The notes: generated by a model from the sequence alone, not told the origin. 52,390 nucleotides of DNA from Lachnospiraceae bacterium (GCA_963604545.1 CAVCRI010000001.1:1-52390), one strand, 5' to 3'; shown: positions 40,348 to 49,175, numbered from the stretch's first letter. Program-made: numbers and translations.

Positions 40348-40429
40348 ACCTGTACGGTTGGAATCGACTATACGCCCTGTAAGGGCAAAAGCGTGAATGA
40401 GAACTTGCGCTTTTGCTCTTACAGGGCGT
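40348..40429. repeat. REP-like element: ACCTGTACGGTTGGAAT motif plus 22-bp inverted repeat
   Basis: ACGCCCTGTAAGGGCAAAAGCG (40372-93) pairs with CGCTTTTGCTCTTACAGGGCGT (40408-29). The motif at 40348-64 recurs inverted at 46985-47001. Confidence 0.75.
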
Positions 40430-40489
40430 TTTTTATAACTTTTATTTCTCTTTTATTTCTTTATCTCCTTTTATAGCTTTAATCTCTCT

Positions 40490-40942
40490 TTATTCCTCCT
40501 TGAGCAAGTCGTCGAGGAAGTCATCGAGGTCGTGGTCAAGGCCCTCCATCAGGTCGCCACCCACGATGATGGTATCGTCGTCGGCGAGATAAAGCTCGCC
40601 CAGATTCTCCTTGTCGTCGTCTTCCAGCACAAAGCTGTATGGCTTAAGGATGGCCATGCTGTCTACCGTGCTGGCATTCTTGCGCAACAGGTCGCGCAGC
40701 GACTTTGCCACCTCGTCGTAGAAGTTCTCATCCTTGTTGTCTATCCATTGCTCCACCACGCAACGGGTTATCTCGTTGTCGTCGTCGTCGAAGGCAAGCA
40801 GCTCGCCGCTGTCTTGTGATACCCTCACGTGGATGTCGGTCAGCACGCTGGTCTCTTCCTCTGAGGCTGGTGCCGGAAATTTTTGAGCCACCTTTCTGAT
40901 GAAGCGCTCAACTTGCTGGATCGTCTGTTCTGTCATTTCCAT
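40490..40942 (-). CDS. Acidic hypothetical protein
   Basis: 150-aa ORF with host-like codon usage and an upstream TATCTTTG box. Confidence 0.8.
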   Translation of the reverse strand: MEMTEQTIQQVERFIRKVAQKFPAPASEEETSVLTDIHVRVSQDSGELLAFDDDDNEITRCVVEQWIDNKDENFYDEVAKSLRDLLRKNASTVDSMAILKPYSFVLEDDDKENLGELYLADDDTIIVGGDLMEGLDHDLDDFLDDLLKEE

Positions 40943-41152
40943 AATGTTAGTTTTATGTGTTGCTTGCCGTCCGATGAGCGGGCGCAGCTTTTCTTACTGC
41001 AAAGATACACAAAATCACGATACCTAGCAAACATTTAGGTGAAAATTTGACTAAATGGCCCCATAAATCCTGATAGGATGATAGGTTGGGGCTACATTTC
41101 GGTTACAAGAAAACGTTTACGCCCTTTTTTGTTTATTTTCTTTTAGATTTTG

Positions 41153-41183
41153 TTTGCTATTTATTAGATTTGTAGTATCTTTG
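41153..41183 (+). promoter_or_regulatory. Promoter of the rseC-rnf operon
   Basis: TTTG (41153-56), 19-nt spacer, TATCTTTG (41176-83). Confidence 0.75.
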
Positions 41184-41217
41184 CAAACGATTAGAATTGT
41201 AAACTCGACTTTGCATA

Positions 41218-41661
41218 ATGAGTAATAAGATAAAACATAAGGGAGTCGTTGACCAGGTGGAACCTGGCCGTGTCGTGGTGCGCATCCTCCAGTCGTCGGC
41301 ATGCAGCGGTTGCAAGGTGGCAAGCCATTGCAATGCCGCCGAGACCAAGGAGAAGCTCATCGAGGTGGCGACCTCGCGGGCGGATGCCTATCAGGTGGGC
41401 GACCCAGTGACGGTGGTAGCCGATGCGGTGGTGGGATTCCGTGCCAGCCTCTATGGCTACCTGTTGCCACTGGTGGTGATGGTGGTCACGCTCGTGGTGG
41501 TGCTGGCGGCGACCCATAGTGAGGGGGCGGCAGCCCTCTCGGCGCTTGGGGTGCTTATACCTTATTATATAGTACTCTACCTGATGCGCCACAAGCTGAG
41601 CAACCGACTCAGTTTCGACATCGAGCTTGGCCAAGGCCTTATTCTCCCGAGAAGAGGCTAG
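41218..41661 (+). CDS. rseC: SoxR-reducing system RseC family protein
   Basis: SACSGC...C motif, VGD.V.V, YLLPL and two TM helices; first gene of the rnf cluster. Confidence 0.88.
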   Translation: MSNKIKHKGVVDQVEPGRVVVRILQSSACSGCKVASHCNAAETKEKLIEVATSRADAYQVGDPVTVVADAVVGFRASLYGYLLPLVVMVVTLVVVLAATHSEGAAALSALGVLIPYYIVLYLMRHKLSNRLSFDIELGQGLILPRRG

Positions 41662-41703
41662 GTGAACAAGAGAGAATATTAACAAAAACAAATACAAACA
41701 ATT

Positions 41704-42552
41704 ATGAATTTCATTTTGATTGCTATCTTGGTGCTCGGAGCCATCGCCCTCATCGCGGCGCTTGTGCTCTTTGGGGTGTCCAAGAAGTTTGCCGTCGAAG
41801 AGGATCCTCGACTGGGACAGGTGAGTGAGATTCTGCCTGGTGCCAACTGTGGTGGCTGTGGCTTTGCCGGATGTTCGGGCATGGCCGCCGCCTTGGTGAA
41901 GGGTGCCGACAATGGCAGCATCGAAGGCTTGATGTGCCCGGTGGGTGGAGCCGATGTGATGGGGCAGGTCGCCGACCTCCTGGGCATCGCCGTTGCCAAT
42001 ACGGAGCCTAAGGTGGCGGTGGTTCGCTGTAATGGTTCTTGCGAGCATCGTCCTCGCATCGCCGAGTATGATGGCTTGCACACTTGTGCGGCAATGAACG
42101 CTTGCGGTGCGGGCGAGACTGGCTGTGGATTCGGCTGTCTGGGCTGCGGCGACTGTGTGGCTGCCTGCCAGTTTGGAGCCATCTCCATCAATCCTGAGAC
42201 AGGTCTGCCAGAGGTTGACGAGGAGAAGTGTGGCGGCTGCGGTGCTTGCTCTCGTGCCTGCCCACGACACATCATCGAGCTTCGCAAGAAGGGACCTAAG
42301 GGTCGCCGTGTCTACGTGCAGTGTGTCAACAAGGACAAGGGTGCCGTGGCAAAGAAGTCTTGTAGCGTTGCTTGCATCGGTTGCGGTAAGTGCCAGAAGG
42401 TCTGCAAGTTCGAGGCTATCACCATTGAGAACAATGTAGCCTATGTAGACTTCAACAAGTGCCGCATGTGTACCAAGTGTGTCGACGAGTGCCCAACAGG
42501 TGCCCTCGTCAAGGTTAACTTCCCAATTAAAAAGAAGGAGGAACTAGCATGA
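41704..42552 (+). CDS. rnfB: Rnf electron transport complex subunit B
   Basis: N-terminal TM, LPGANCGGCG and multiple CxxCxxCxxxC clusters. Confidence 0.95.
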   Translation: MNFILIAILVLGAIALIAALVLFGVSKKFAVEEDPRLGQVSEILPGANCGGCGFAGCSGMAAALVKGADNGSIEGLMCPVGGADVMGQVADLLGIAVANTEPKVAVVRCNGSCEHRPRIAEYDGLHTCAAMNACGAGETGCGFGCLGCGDCVAACQFGAISINPETGLPEVDEEKCGGCGACSRACPRHIIELRKKGPKGRRVYVQCVNKDKGAVAKKSCSVACIGCGKCQKVCKFEAITIENNVAYVDFNKCRMCTKCVDECPTGALVKVNFPIKKKEELA

Positions 42553-43904
42553 ATTTGAGAACTTTCAGAATAGGTGGTGTACACCCAGAAGAGAACAAGA
42601 TTACCGCCGAGATGGCTACCCAGGTGGCAGCCCTCCCTAAGCAGGCCATCTTCCCGCTCGGTCAGCACATCGGTGCGCCAGCCAAGCCTGTCGTTGCCAA
42701 GGGTGACAAGGTGAAGGTGGGTACCTTGATAGCGGAGGCTGGCGGCTTTGTCAGTGCTCCTATCTATAGCTCTGTGTCGGGAACTGTATTCAAGATAGAC
42801 ACCTCTATCGATGCCACTGGCTATCGTAAGCCTTGCATCATCATCAACGTGGATGACCAGGATGAGTGGGAGGAGAGTATCGACCGCTCCGACAAGTTGG
42901 AGACCCTGGTGAATCATCCCGAGTTGACCCCAGAGGAAATCGTCAACCGCATCAAGGTGGCTGGTGTCACCGGTATGGGTGGCGCAGGTTTCCCTACCTT
43001 CATCAAGCTCTGTCCTCCTCCGGGAGCCAAGGCTGAGTGCGTCATCATCAATGGCGTGGAGTGTGAGCCATACATCACCGCCGATTACCGACTGATGATG
43101 GAGCATGCCGACGAGATTCTCGTGGGCTTGGACCTCCTCATGAAGGCTGCCAAGGTGGAGAAGGGCTACATCGGTATCGAGGACAACAAGCCTGCTGCCA
43201 TCAAACTCTTCGAGGAGAAAACTGCTGGAGACGCGCGCATCGAGATTGTGCCTCTCGCCAAGAAATATCCTCAGGGAGGTGAGAAGCAGTTGGTTGATGC
43301 CGTGATTCGCCGTCAGGTGCCAGCTCCTCCAGCCATCCCTGTCAACGTTGGAGCGATTGTTCAGAACGTGGGTACTGCCTTCGCTGTTTATCAGGCAGTT
43401 ATGAAACATAAGCCTCTCTTCGAACGCTATACAACCGTCACTGGTAAGCAGGTGAAGCAGCCAGGCAACTTCCTCGTTCGCATGGGCACGCCATTCTCCC
43501 AATTGATTGATGCCTGCGGCGGATTGCCAGAGGGTGACAACAAGGTTTTGGCAGGTGGCCCGATGATGGGCAAGGCAGTGCTGAGCCTCGATGTGCCAGT
43601 GACCAAGGGCACCAACTCCATCACCATCCTGACCGATGCCGATGCCCATCGCAAGAAGGCACAGCCATGTATCCGATGCGCCAAGTGCGTGGAGGCATGT
43701 CCGATGGGCTTGGAGCCATACCTGCTCGCCACCCTGAGTGTGATGAAGGACTATGAGCGACTGGAGGCGGAGGATGTCACCTCGTGCATCTCCTGTGGCT
43801 CCTGCCAGTTCACCTGTCCGTCCCACCGCCCAATCCTCGACAACATCCTTGCCGGCAAGGGTGCCGTGATGGGCATCATCAAGGCTCGCAACGCCAAGAA
43901 GTAA
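42549..43904 (+). CDS. rnfC: Rnf electron transport complex subunit C
   Basis: QHIGAPA, GMGGAGFPT, NGVECEPY, YPQGGEKQL and two 4Fe-4S motifs. Confidence 0.96.
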   Translation: MNLRTFRIGGVHPEENKITAEMATQVAALPKQAIFPLGQHIGAPAKPVVAKGDKVKVGTLIAEAGGFVSAPIYSSVSGTVFKIDTSIDATGYRKPCIIINVDDQDEWEESIDRSDKLETLVNHPELTPEEIVNRIKVAGVTGMGGAGFPTFIKLCPPPGAKAECVIINGVECEPYITADYRLMMEHADEILVGLDLLMKAAKVEKGYIGIEDNKPAAIKLFEEKTAGDARIEIVPLAKKYPQGGEKQLVDAVIRRQVPAPPAIPVNVGAIVQNVGTAFAVYQAVMKHKPLFERYTTVTGKQVKQPGNFLVRMGTPFSQLIDACGGLPEGDNKVLAGGPMMGKAVLSLDVPVTKGTNSITILTDADAHRKKAQPCIRCAKCVEACPMGLEPYLLATLSVMKDYERLEAEDVTSCISCGSCQFTCPSHRPILDNILAGKGAVMGIIKARNAKK

Positions 43905-43928
43905 CTTCCCAATATAACTAAGATAAAA

Positions 43929-44930
43929 ATGAGTAAATTAATCGTTTCACTTTCGCCACATGCCCATGGCAACGAGAGCGTGGAGAAGAATATGTACGGG
44001 GTCATCATTGCCCTGGCACCTGCCATCCTCGTCTCGCTCTATTTCTTCGGGCTGGGGTCGGCAGTCGTACTGCTCACCTCCGTGGCGGCCTGCGTTTTCT
44101 TCGAGTGGGCCATTACTAAATATCTCCTGAAGGCAGAGCCTAGTCTCACCGATGGTTCCGCCATCATCACGGGTCTCTTGCTGGGCATGAACCTGCCTAG
44201 CAACCTGCCGCTCTGGATTATCATCATCGGTGCCCTCTTCGCCATTGGCGTGGGCAAGATGACCTTTGGCGGACTGGGCAACAATCCCTTCAACCCAGCG
44301 TTGGTGGGCCGTTGCTTCCTGCTCGTCAGCTTCCCTGCCCAGATGACCTCTTGGCCAGTGGCAGGACAGATGCTGAGCTATACAGATGCCACCACGGCAG
44401 CCACTCCGCTTGCCATCATGAAGACCGCCATCAAGACTGGCGACAGCAGTCTCCTCGACCAGCTGCCAGACTCCCTGAGCCTGCTCTTCGGTACGACGGG
44501 TGCGGGCTTCGGTGCCGGTACGACGGGTGAGGTTTGCGCCTTCGCCCTCTTGCTCGGCTTGGCTTACATGCTCTGGAAGAAGGTCATCACCTGGCACATC
44601 CCGGTGAGCATCATCGCCACCGTCTTCGTGTTCAGCGGCTTGATGCATCTCGCCAACCCAGTCTATGCCAACCCGTTCGCCGTTATCCTGAGCGGTGGCT
44701 TGATGCTCGGTGCCATCTTCATGGCCACCGACTATGTCACCTCGCCAATGACCCACAGGGGCCAGCTCATCTATGGTGTCTGCATCGGCCTGCTGACCAT
44801 CATCATCCGCAACTGGGGTAGCTATCCAGAGGGTATGTCGTTCGCCATTCTCATCATGAATGCGTTCACCCCTCTCATCAACACATACGTCAAACCAAAG
44901 CGCTTCGGTGAGAAGCCTGTAAAGAAATAA
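43929..44930 (+). CDS. rnfD: Rnf electron transport complex subunit D
   Basis: SPH, FGGLGNNPFNPALVG, TAATPL and FMATDYVTSP motifs. Confidence 0.96.
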   Translation: MSKLIVSLSPHAHGNESVEKNMYGVIIALAPAILVSLYFFGLGSAVVLLTSVAACVFFEWAITKYLLKAEPSLTDGSAIITGLLLGMNLPSNLPLWIIIIGALFAIGVGKMTFGGLGNNPFNPALVGRCFLLVSFPAQMTSWPVAGQMLSYTDATTAATPLAIMKTAIKTGDSSLLDQLPDSLSLLFGTTGAGFGAGTTGEVCAFALLLGLAYMLWKKVITWHIPVSIIATVFVFSGLMHLANPVYANPFAVILSGGLMLGAIFMATDYVTSPMTHRGQLIYGVCIGLLTIIIRNWGSYPEGMSFAILIMNAFTPLINTYVKPKRFGEKPVKK

Positions 44931-44942
44931 GGAGGACGAGAC

Positions 44943-45644
44943 ATGCAGAAACTAGAATCATCATTGAAGAACATGGTGCTCGTGCTCGTGGGCGTGGCGC
45001 TCATCGTGGGTGCCATCCTCGCATGGATCAACCATGTCACTGCCGGTCCTATCGCCGAGAAGGCTGAGAAGTCGCTCGCCGCTGGCATCAAGAGCGTGAT
45101 GGGCACCGACGACCTCCAGGTGGCTGAGCCAGAGCAAGTGGAGCAGACCATCGACGGCAAGCAGGTAACCTTCACCATCCACAAGTGTTCCGACAAGGAC
45201 GGCAAGCTGCTTGGTGCCGCCGTGGAGAGCACTACCGGCGGATTTGGTGGCGACCTGAAGGTGCTCGTAGGCTTCGATGCCGACGGCAAGATATTGGGCT
45301 ACACCATCCTCCAGACCTCCGAGACCCCGGGTCTCGGTGCCAAGGCTGCCACTTGGTTCCAGAAGGACGGCAAGGGCAGCGTGATAGGCAAGAGTCCTAA
45401 GGACGGCGACCTGCACGTGAGCAAGGACGACAAGGGCGGCAATGCCGTGGATGCCATCACTGCCTCCACCATCACCAGCCGTGCCTTCCTCAAGGCCATC
45501 AACCAGGCTTACGCAGCCTATGTAGGCAAGGGTGTTGACGCAGAGAGCGGTGCCACCCAGGTGAAGGCCAATAACAAGGCCACCGAAAGTACTGGCGCAG
45601 AAAACAAGACTTCTAACGAAGAGAAAGGAGTAGACAATGAGTAA
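44943..45644 (+). CDS. rnfG: Rnf electron transport complex subunit G
   Basis: N-terminal TM, GFGG, ETPGLG and VDAITASTITSRA motifs. Confidence 0.94.
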   Translation: MQKLESSLKNMVLVLVGVALIVGAILAWINHVTAGPIAEKAEKSLAAGIKSVMGTDDLQVAEPEQVEQTIDGKQVTFTIHKCSDKDGKLLGAAVESTTGGFGGDLKVLVGFDADGKILGYTILQTSETPGLGAKAATWFQKDGKGSVIGKSPKDGDLHVSKDDKGGNAVDAITASTITSRAFLKAINQAYAAYVGKGVDAESGATQVKANNKATESTGAENKTSNEEKGVDNE

Positions 45645-46221
45645 TATAAAGATTTTGATGAACGGACTCATCAAGGAGAACCCAACCTTCGTGTTGCTCC
45701 TCGGCATGTGTCCTACCTTGGCAACCACCACGAGTGCCATCAACGGTCTCTCCATGGGACTCGCCACGATGGCGGTGCTGGTATGTACCAACTTCGTGAT
45801 TTCTTGCATCAAGAAGATGACGCCCGACATGGTGCGCATCCCAGTGTTTATTGTCGTGATAGCCGCCTTCGTCACCATCCTGCAGATGCTGATGAGCGCC
45901 TATGCCCCAGACAGCATCAACCAGGCTTTGGGCATCTACATCCCGCTGATTGTGGTCAACTGTATCATCCTGGGTCGTGCCGAGAGTTTCGCCGCCAAGA
46001 ACTCTCCAGTGGCAAGTTTGGTGGATGGAGTAGGTTGCGGCCTTGGCTTCACCCTCGCCCTGACCCTCTTGGGATGCGTGCGTGAGATATTGGGAGCAGG
46101 CAGCCTCTTCGGTGTGGCTCTGTTGCCAGAGACCACCAACATCCTGGTGTTCATCTTGCCTCCTGGTGCTTTCCTCACCCTTGGCTATCTCATCGCTATA
46201 TTTAATAAAGTTAGGAGTTAG
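45637..46221 (+). CDS. rnfE: Rnf electron transport complex subunit E
   Basis: ENPTFVLLLGMCPTLA, LIVVNCIILGRAE and LPPGAF motifs. Confidence 0.96.
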   Translation: MSNIKILMNGLIKENPTFVLLLGMCPTLATTTSAINGLSMGLATMAVLVCTNFVISCIKKMTPDMVRIPVFIVVIAAFVTILQMLMSAYAPDSINQALGIYIPLIVVNCIILGRAESFAAKNSPVASLVDGVGCGLGFTLALTLLGCVREILGAGSLFGVALLPETTNILVFILPPGAFLTLGYLIAIFNKVRS

Positions 46222-46239
46222 GAGTTAGGAGTTAGGAGT
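46209..46239. repeat. Heptamer tandem repeat AGTTAGG x4
   Basis: Overlaps the rnfE stop; same unit as at 29274 and 35823. Confidence 0.9.
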
Positions 46240-46285
46240 CTTTCCTGCTCCTGGTCTTGGTTCCAGTTATAAAATACAGAATATA

Positions 46286-46888
46286 ATGGAATATTTATTG
46301 ATATTTATCTCGGCGATATTCGTCAACAACATCGTGTTGTCTCAGTTCCTCGGTATCTGTCCGTTCCTGGGCGTATCGAAGAAGATTGATACCGCCATCG
46401 GCATGGGTGGTGCCATCGCCTTCGTCTTGACCTTGGCCACCATCATCACCTGGCTCGTGCAGAAGTACGTGCTCGATCCGTTTGGCTTGCAGTATCTTCA
46501 GACGCTGTCGTTCATTCTCGTGATAGCGGCATTGGTCCAGATGGTGGAGATTATCCTCAAGAAGGTTTCGCCAGCGCTTTACCAGGCACTGGGCATCTTC
46601 CTGCCATTGATTACCACCAACTGTGCCGTGCTGGGTGTAGCCATCCTGGTTATCCAGAAGGACTTCAACCTGTTGGAGAGCGTGGTCTATGCCTTCTCCA
46701 CCGCCCTTGGCTTTGCCTTGGCACTCATCGTGTTTGCAGGCATCCGAGAGCAGCAGGCGTTGGTTCGCATTCCTAAGGGCATGCAGGGCATGGCCATCGT
46801 GCTCGTCACCGCATCGCTCCTGAGCCTCGCCTTCATGGGATTCTCTGGTGTAGACAGCGGTCTCAAGGCCTTGTTCGGGTTGGAATAG
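46286..46888 (+). CDS. rnfA: Rnf electron transport complex subunit A
   Basis: NNIVLSQFLGICPFLGVS and LPLITTNCAVLG motifs. Confidence 0.96.
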   Translation: MEYLLIFISAIFVNNIVLSQFLGICPFLGVSKKIDTAIGMGGAIAFVLTLATIITWLVQKYVLDPFGLQYLQTLSFILVIAALVQMVEIILKKVSPALYQALGIFLPLITTNCAVLGVAILVIQKDFNLLESVVYAFSTALGFALALIVFAGIREQQALVRIPKGMQGMAIVLVTASLLSLAFMGFSGVDSGLKALFGLE

Positions 46889-46890
46889 GA

Positions 46891-46932
46891 CAGCTTTGTG
46901 AATCAGGCAGCTTTGTGAATCAGGCAGCTTTG
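46891..46932. repeat. 17-bp tandem repeat x2.5
   Basis: CAGCTTTGTGAATCAGG at 46891 and 46908, partial at 46925. Confidence 0.9.
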
Positions 46933-46953
46933 AAACTATAGGAATAAGATGCT

Positions 46954-47050
46954 ACCTGTATGGTTGAAACGGGCTGAAAGGGCAATTCCAACCGTACAGG
47001 TTGAGAGGATGTGTCATAAGCCTTTTGAGACTTATGGCGCATCCTCTTTT
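46954..47050. terminator. Two hairpins between convergent rnfA and the rep-like gene
   Basis: ACCTGTATGGTTG...CAACCGTACAGGT (46954-47001) and AGAGGATGTGTCATAAG...CTTATGGCGCATCCTCTTTT (47004-47050). Confidence 0.75.
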
Positions 47051-47078
47051 GTTTGATGGACTGTTGGTGTCGGTTACT

Positions 47079-48173
47079 CTAGCATCCGTGGTCCTTGAAG
47101 AACCCATCGAGCCCCTTGACGATGTAGCCAGCCACGTTTAGTGGCTTCTTGAACTTCTTGCATCGGGCGATGAAGTAGTCCTTTCGCAAGAACCAGATGT
47201 GCAAGTCGCCCAAATCACAGAGGCGTAGGCGATGGCAAAGCAGGTGCGCCGTCTTCTCTTCCACCTGGTAGATTACCTTGAGCTTCACGCTTAGCTGTAG
47301 CTGATAGCCTTTCAGCTGCTCCAGTCGCTCACCCTTCGGGGCGATGTCCTGGCGGTCATTCACCGTGAATATCACGTGGATGTGATTGTCGTCGTCCGGC
47401 TTGGTGTAGGGCTTGTAGTCGATGTACTGGTCGATGATCCCCTTGTCATAGAGGCTCTTCAACTCCTGCTTCGCCACGAGCAGCACATGGTTGTTTAGCT
47501 CGCTGAAGTGCTTGTAGACTAGGGGATTGCCCTTCATGAGCTCCGTCACCTTCTGCATGGTGAGGTCTCTGTAGCCTCTGCACAGCAGGAACTTCATGAT
47601 GAGGTACATCTTTCTTGTGAAGATGCTTCTCATCTTGCCCAGTTCCGCGAGGTCAACCTTGGCATAGCCCTTGTCGAGTGACATGAGCGTGACCCACACG
47701 TCGAGGTCGAACTTCAGGCAGACATACTGCAGCTTTTGCTTGCTGTAGGCATAGACGGTGAATAGCCGCGGAAACTGCGTGAAGCTCGTAACCTCGCCGT
47801 TGACGATGGGGATTCTGACCTCCATCTTCGACATCTCTTCCATTTGGCATTTCAGTCGCGAGTAGTGCTGCGGCTTGACGCCAAAGGCCTTGAGCGGCAC
47901 CCATAGCAGCACGCCCTTGCGAGCCACTTGTTCGGGTGTGAGGGGGTACTTCCCATGATACACCTTGGCATTGATGACCGTAGGCTTGATCCATACTTCC
48001 ATGTACTTGGCAAGCATCATGAGTACCTTGAAATGAGCACAATTGTAGTTAGACTGCATGAGTGCCCAAGTGCCCAGCAGCACGAACATGTCGTGCTGGG
48101 GCGTGCCTTCTGCTTCAGAGAGAAGAACAAGAGATGGTTTTTGTTCCAATGCTTCTTTCCTTGTTTGATTCAA
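47079..48173 (-). CDS. Rep_3/RepB-like replication initiator protein (divergent)
   Basis: MRSIFTRKMYLIM and YKHFSELNNHVLLVAKQEL resemble the second winged-helix signature of Rep_3 initiators (L.S.Y..RLY..L / Y..F..F...VL..A..EL). TTG start. Confidence 0.65.
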   Translation of the reverse strand: MNQTRKEALEQKPSLVLLSEAEGTPQHDMFVLLGTWALMQSNYNCAHFKVLMMLAKYMEVWIKPTVINAKVYHGKYPLTPEQVARKGVLLWVPLKAFGVKPQHYSRLKCQMEEMSKMEVRIPIVNGEVTSFTQFPRLFTVYAYSKQKLQYVCLKFDLDVWVTLMSLDKGYAKVDLAELGKMRSIFTRKMYLIMKFLLCRGYRDLTMQKVTELMKGNPLVYKHFSELNNHVLLVAKQELKSLYDKGIIDQYIDYKPYTKPDDDNHIHVIFTVNDRQDIAPKGERLEQLKGYQLQLSVKLKVIYQVEEKTAHLLCHRLRLCDLGDLHIWFLRKDYFIARCKKFKKPLNVAGYIVKGLDGFFKDHGC

Positions 48174-48250
48174 TTTGTTTAAATTAGTTGTTTATATATT
48201 GTCCAGAAACCGACAAGCAAGGGGATGTGGAGAATAAGGAATGGCAAACT

Positions 48251-48441
48251 TAGAATAAAATATTCTCTGATAGGAATGTCTGCCATCCTTTAACACGATT
48301 CCATACTCCTGCTATGCCAGTCCCTGTGAAATATTCCTTATCTAATATCTATATCACAAGTCTAGCACAACCATAAATTCTTAGAATCGTGTTAATCCAT
48401 GACATGCTTCCTATGCACAGAAATGGAATATTCTTATTCTA
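48251..48441 (-). ncRNA. Long rod-like structured RNA in the leader of the rep-like gene
   Basis: Six nested helices, with G-U pairs that work only on the minus-strand transcript; downstream of the promoter at 48504-48535. Confidence 0.65.
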
Positions 48442-48503
48442 TTAATTAGAGTTGCACAAGCACTCAGCTAGTGATTAGCTGTGTTTCTTGTATTATGTTG
48501 CTG

Positions 48504-48535
48504 CAAAGTTACGAATTTATTATGAAACCACCAAA
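48504..48535 (-). promoter_or_regulatory. Promoter for the structured leader and rep-like gene
   Basis: Minus strand: TTTG (48532-35), 20-nt spacer, TAACTTTG (48504-11). Confidence 0.75.
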
Positions 48536-48881
48536 TGTTTTTGGTATTTTATTGCGAAAAACATGAAAAAAGTTATGTTTTAATGTCGAAGAGCATGTTT
48601 TGGTGGCAAAATGTACCCGTATATATGGGTCCAGGGCTTATTTTTCGGAGATATTTGCATACCATGCGCCAAAGTTACTACACCTTATTATATATAGGAA
48701 CTAATGCCATGTGTGTTTCCTTGGCTATTCAAAACCAATGTTGAGAGAAAAAAAGATGACACTCTCACGTATACGTATATTACTATAGTTATAAATTGTA
48801 TATAATAGTATATTAGGTTAAGCCAATTTTCTTCGTAAGTGACTGATGGATAGCGAGATGCGAAAAATGTCGTTTCTGAGG

Positions 48882-48974
48882 TGGTAACTTATGGGGGCTG
48901 GATTTGATGGATATGGTAACTATTATGGGTAGAAGTGGTAACTTTGGAGGGGTGATTATCTAAATTGGTAACTT
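48882..48974 (+). repeat. Four TGGTAACT boxes (iteron-like)
   Basis: At 48882, 48914, 48936 and 48966 (spacing 32, 22, 30), next to an AT-rich tract at ~48770-48815. Confidence 0.7.
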
Positions 48975-48993
48975 GGGCGTTCGGTGACAGGTG

Positions 48994-49122
48994 CTTACGC
49001 TTATATCAGCATCATCTTACGCCTATATCAGCATCATCTTATGCCTATATCAGCGTTCGCTTACGCCTATATCAGTGTTGCCTCGTGCCTATATCGGCAT
49101 TGCCTTACGCTGGTATAGGCGT
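48994..49122. repeat. Five 22-bp direct repeats plus inverted copy
   Basis: CTTACGCCTATATCAGCATCAT-like units at 48994, 49016, 49038, 49060 and 49082, with an inverted partial copy at 49104-49122. Confidence 0.92.
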
Positions 49123-49175
49123 TGCGTTCTTCCTATATAAGCAGGCTAGTTCTTCCGCTATCGGCGTTGTCTGAT

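Noticed and set aside
48251..48441. Retron msr-msd or a firm 6S RNA call
   Set aside because: No reverse transcriptase is nearby, and no 6S sequence signature could be recognised. Kept only as an unassigned structured RNA.
48965..49174. 69-aa ORF across the 22-bp repeats
   Set aside because: It has a non-ATG start, the repeat period is not a multiple of 3, and there is no coding signal.
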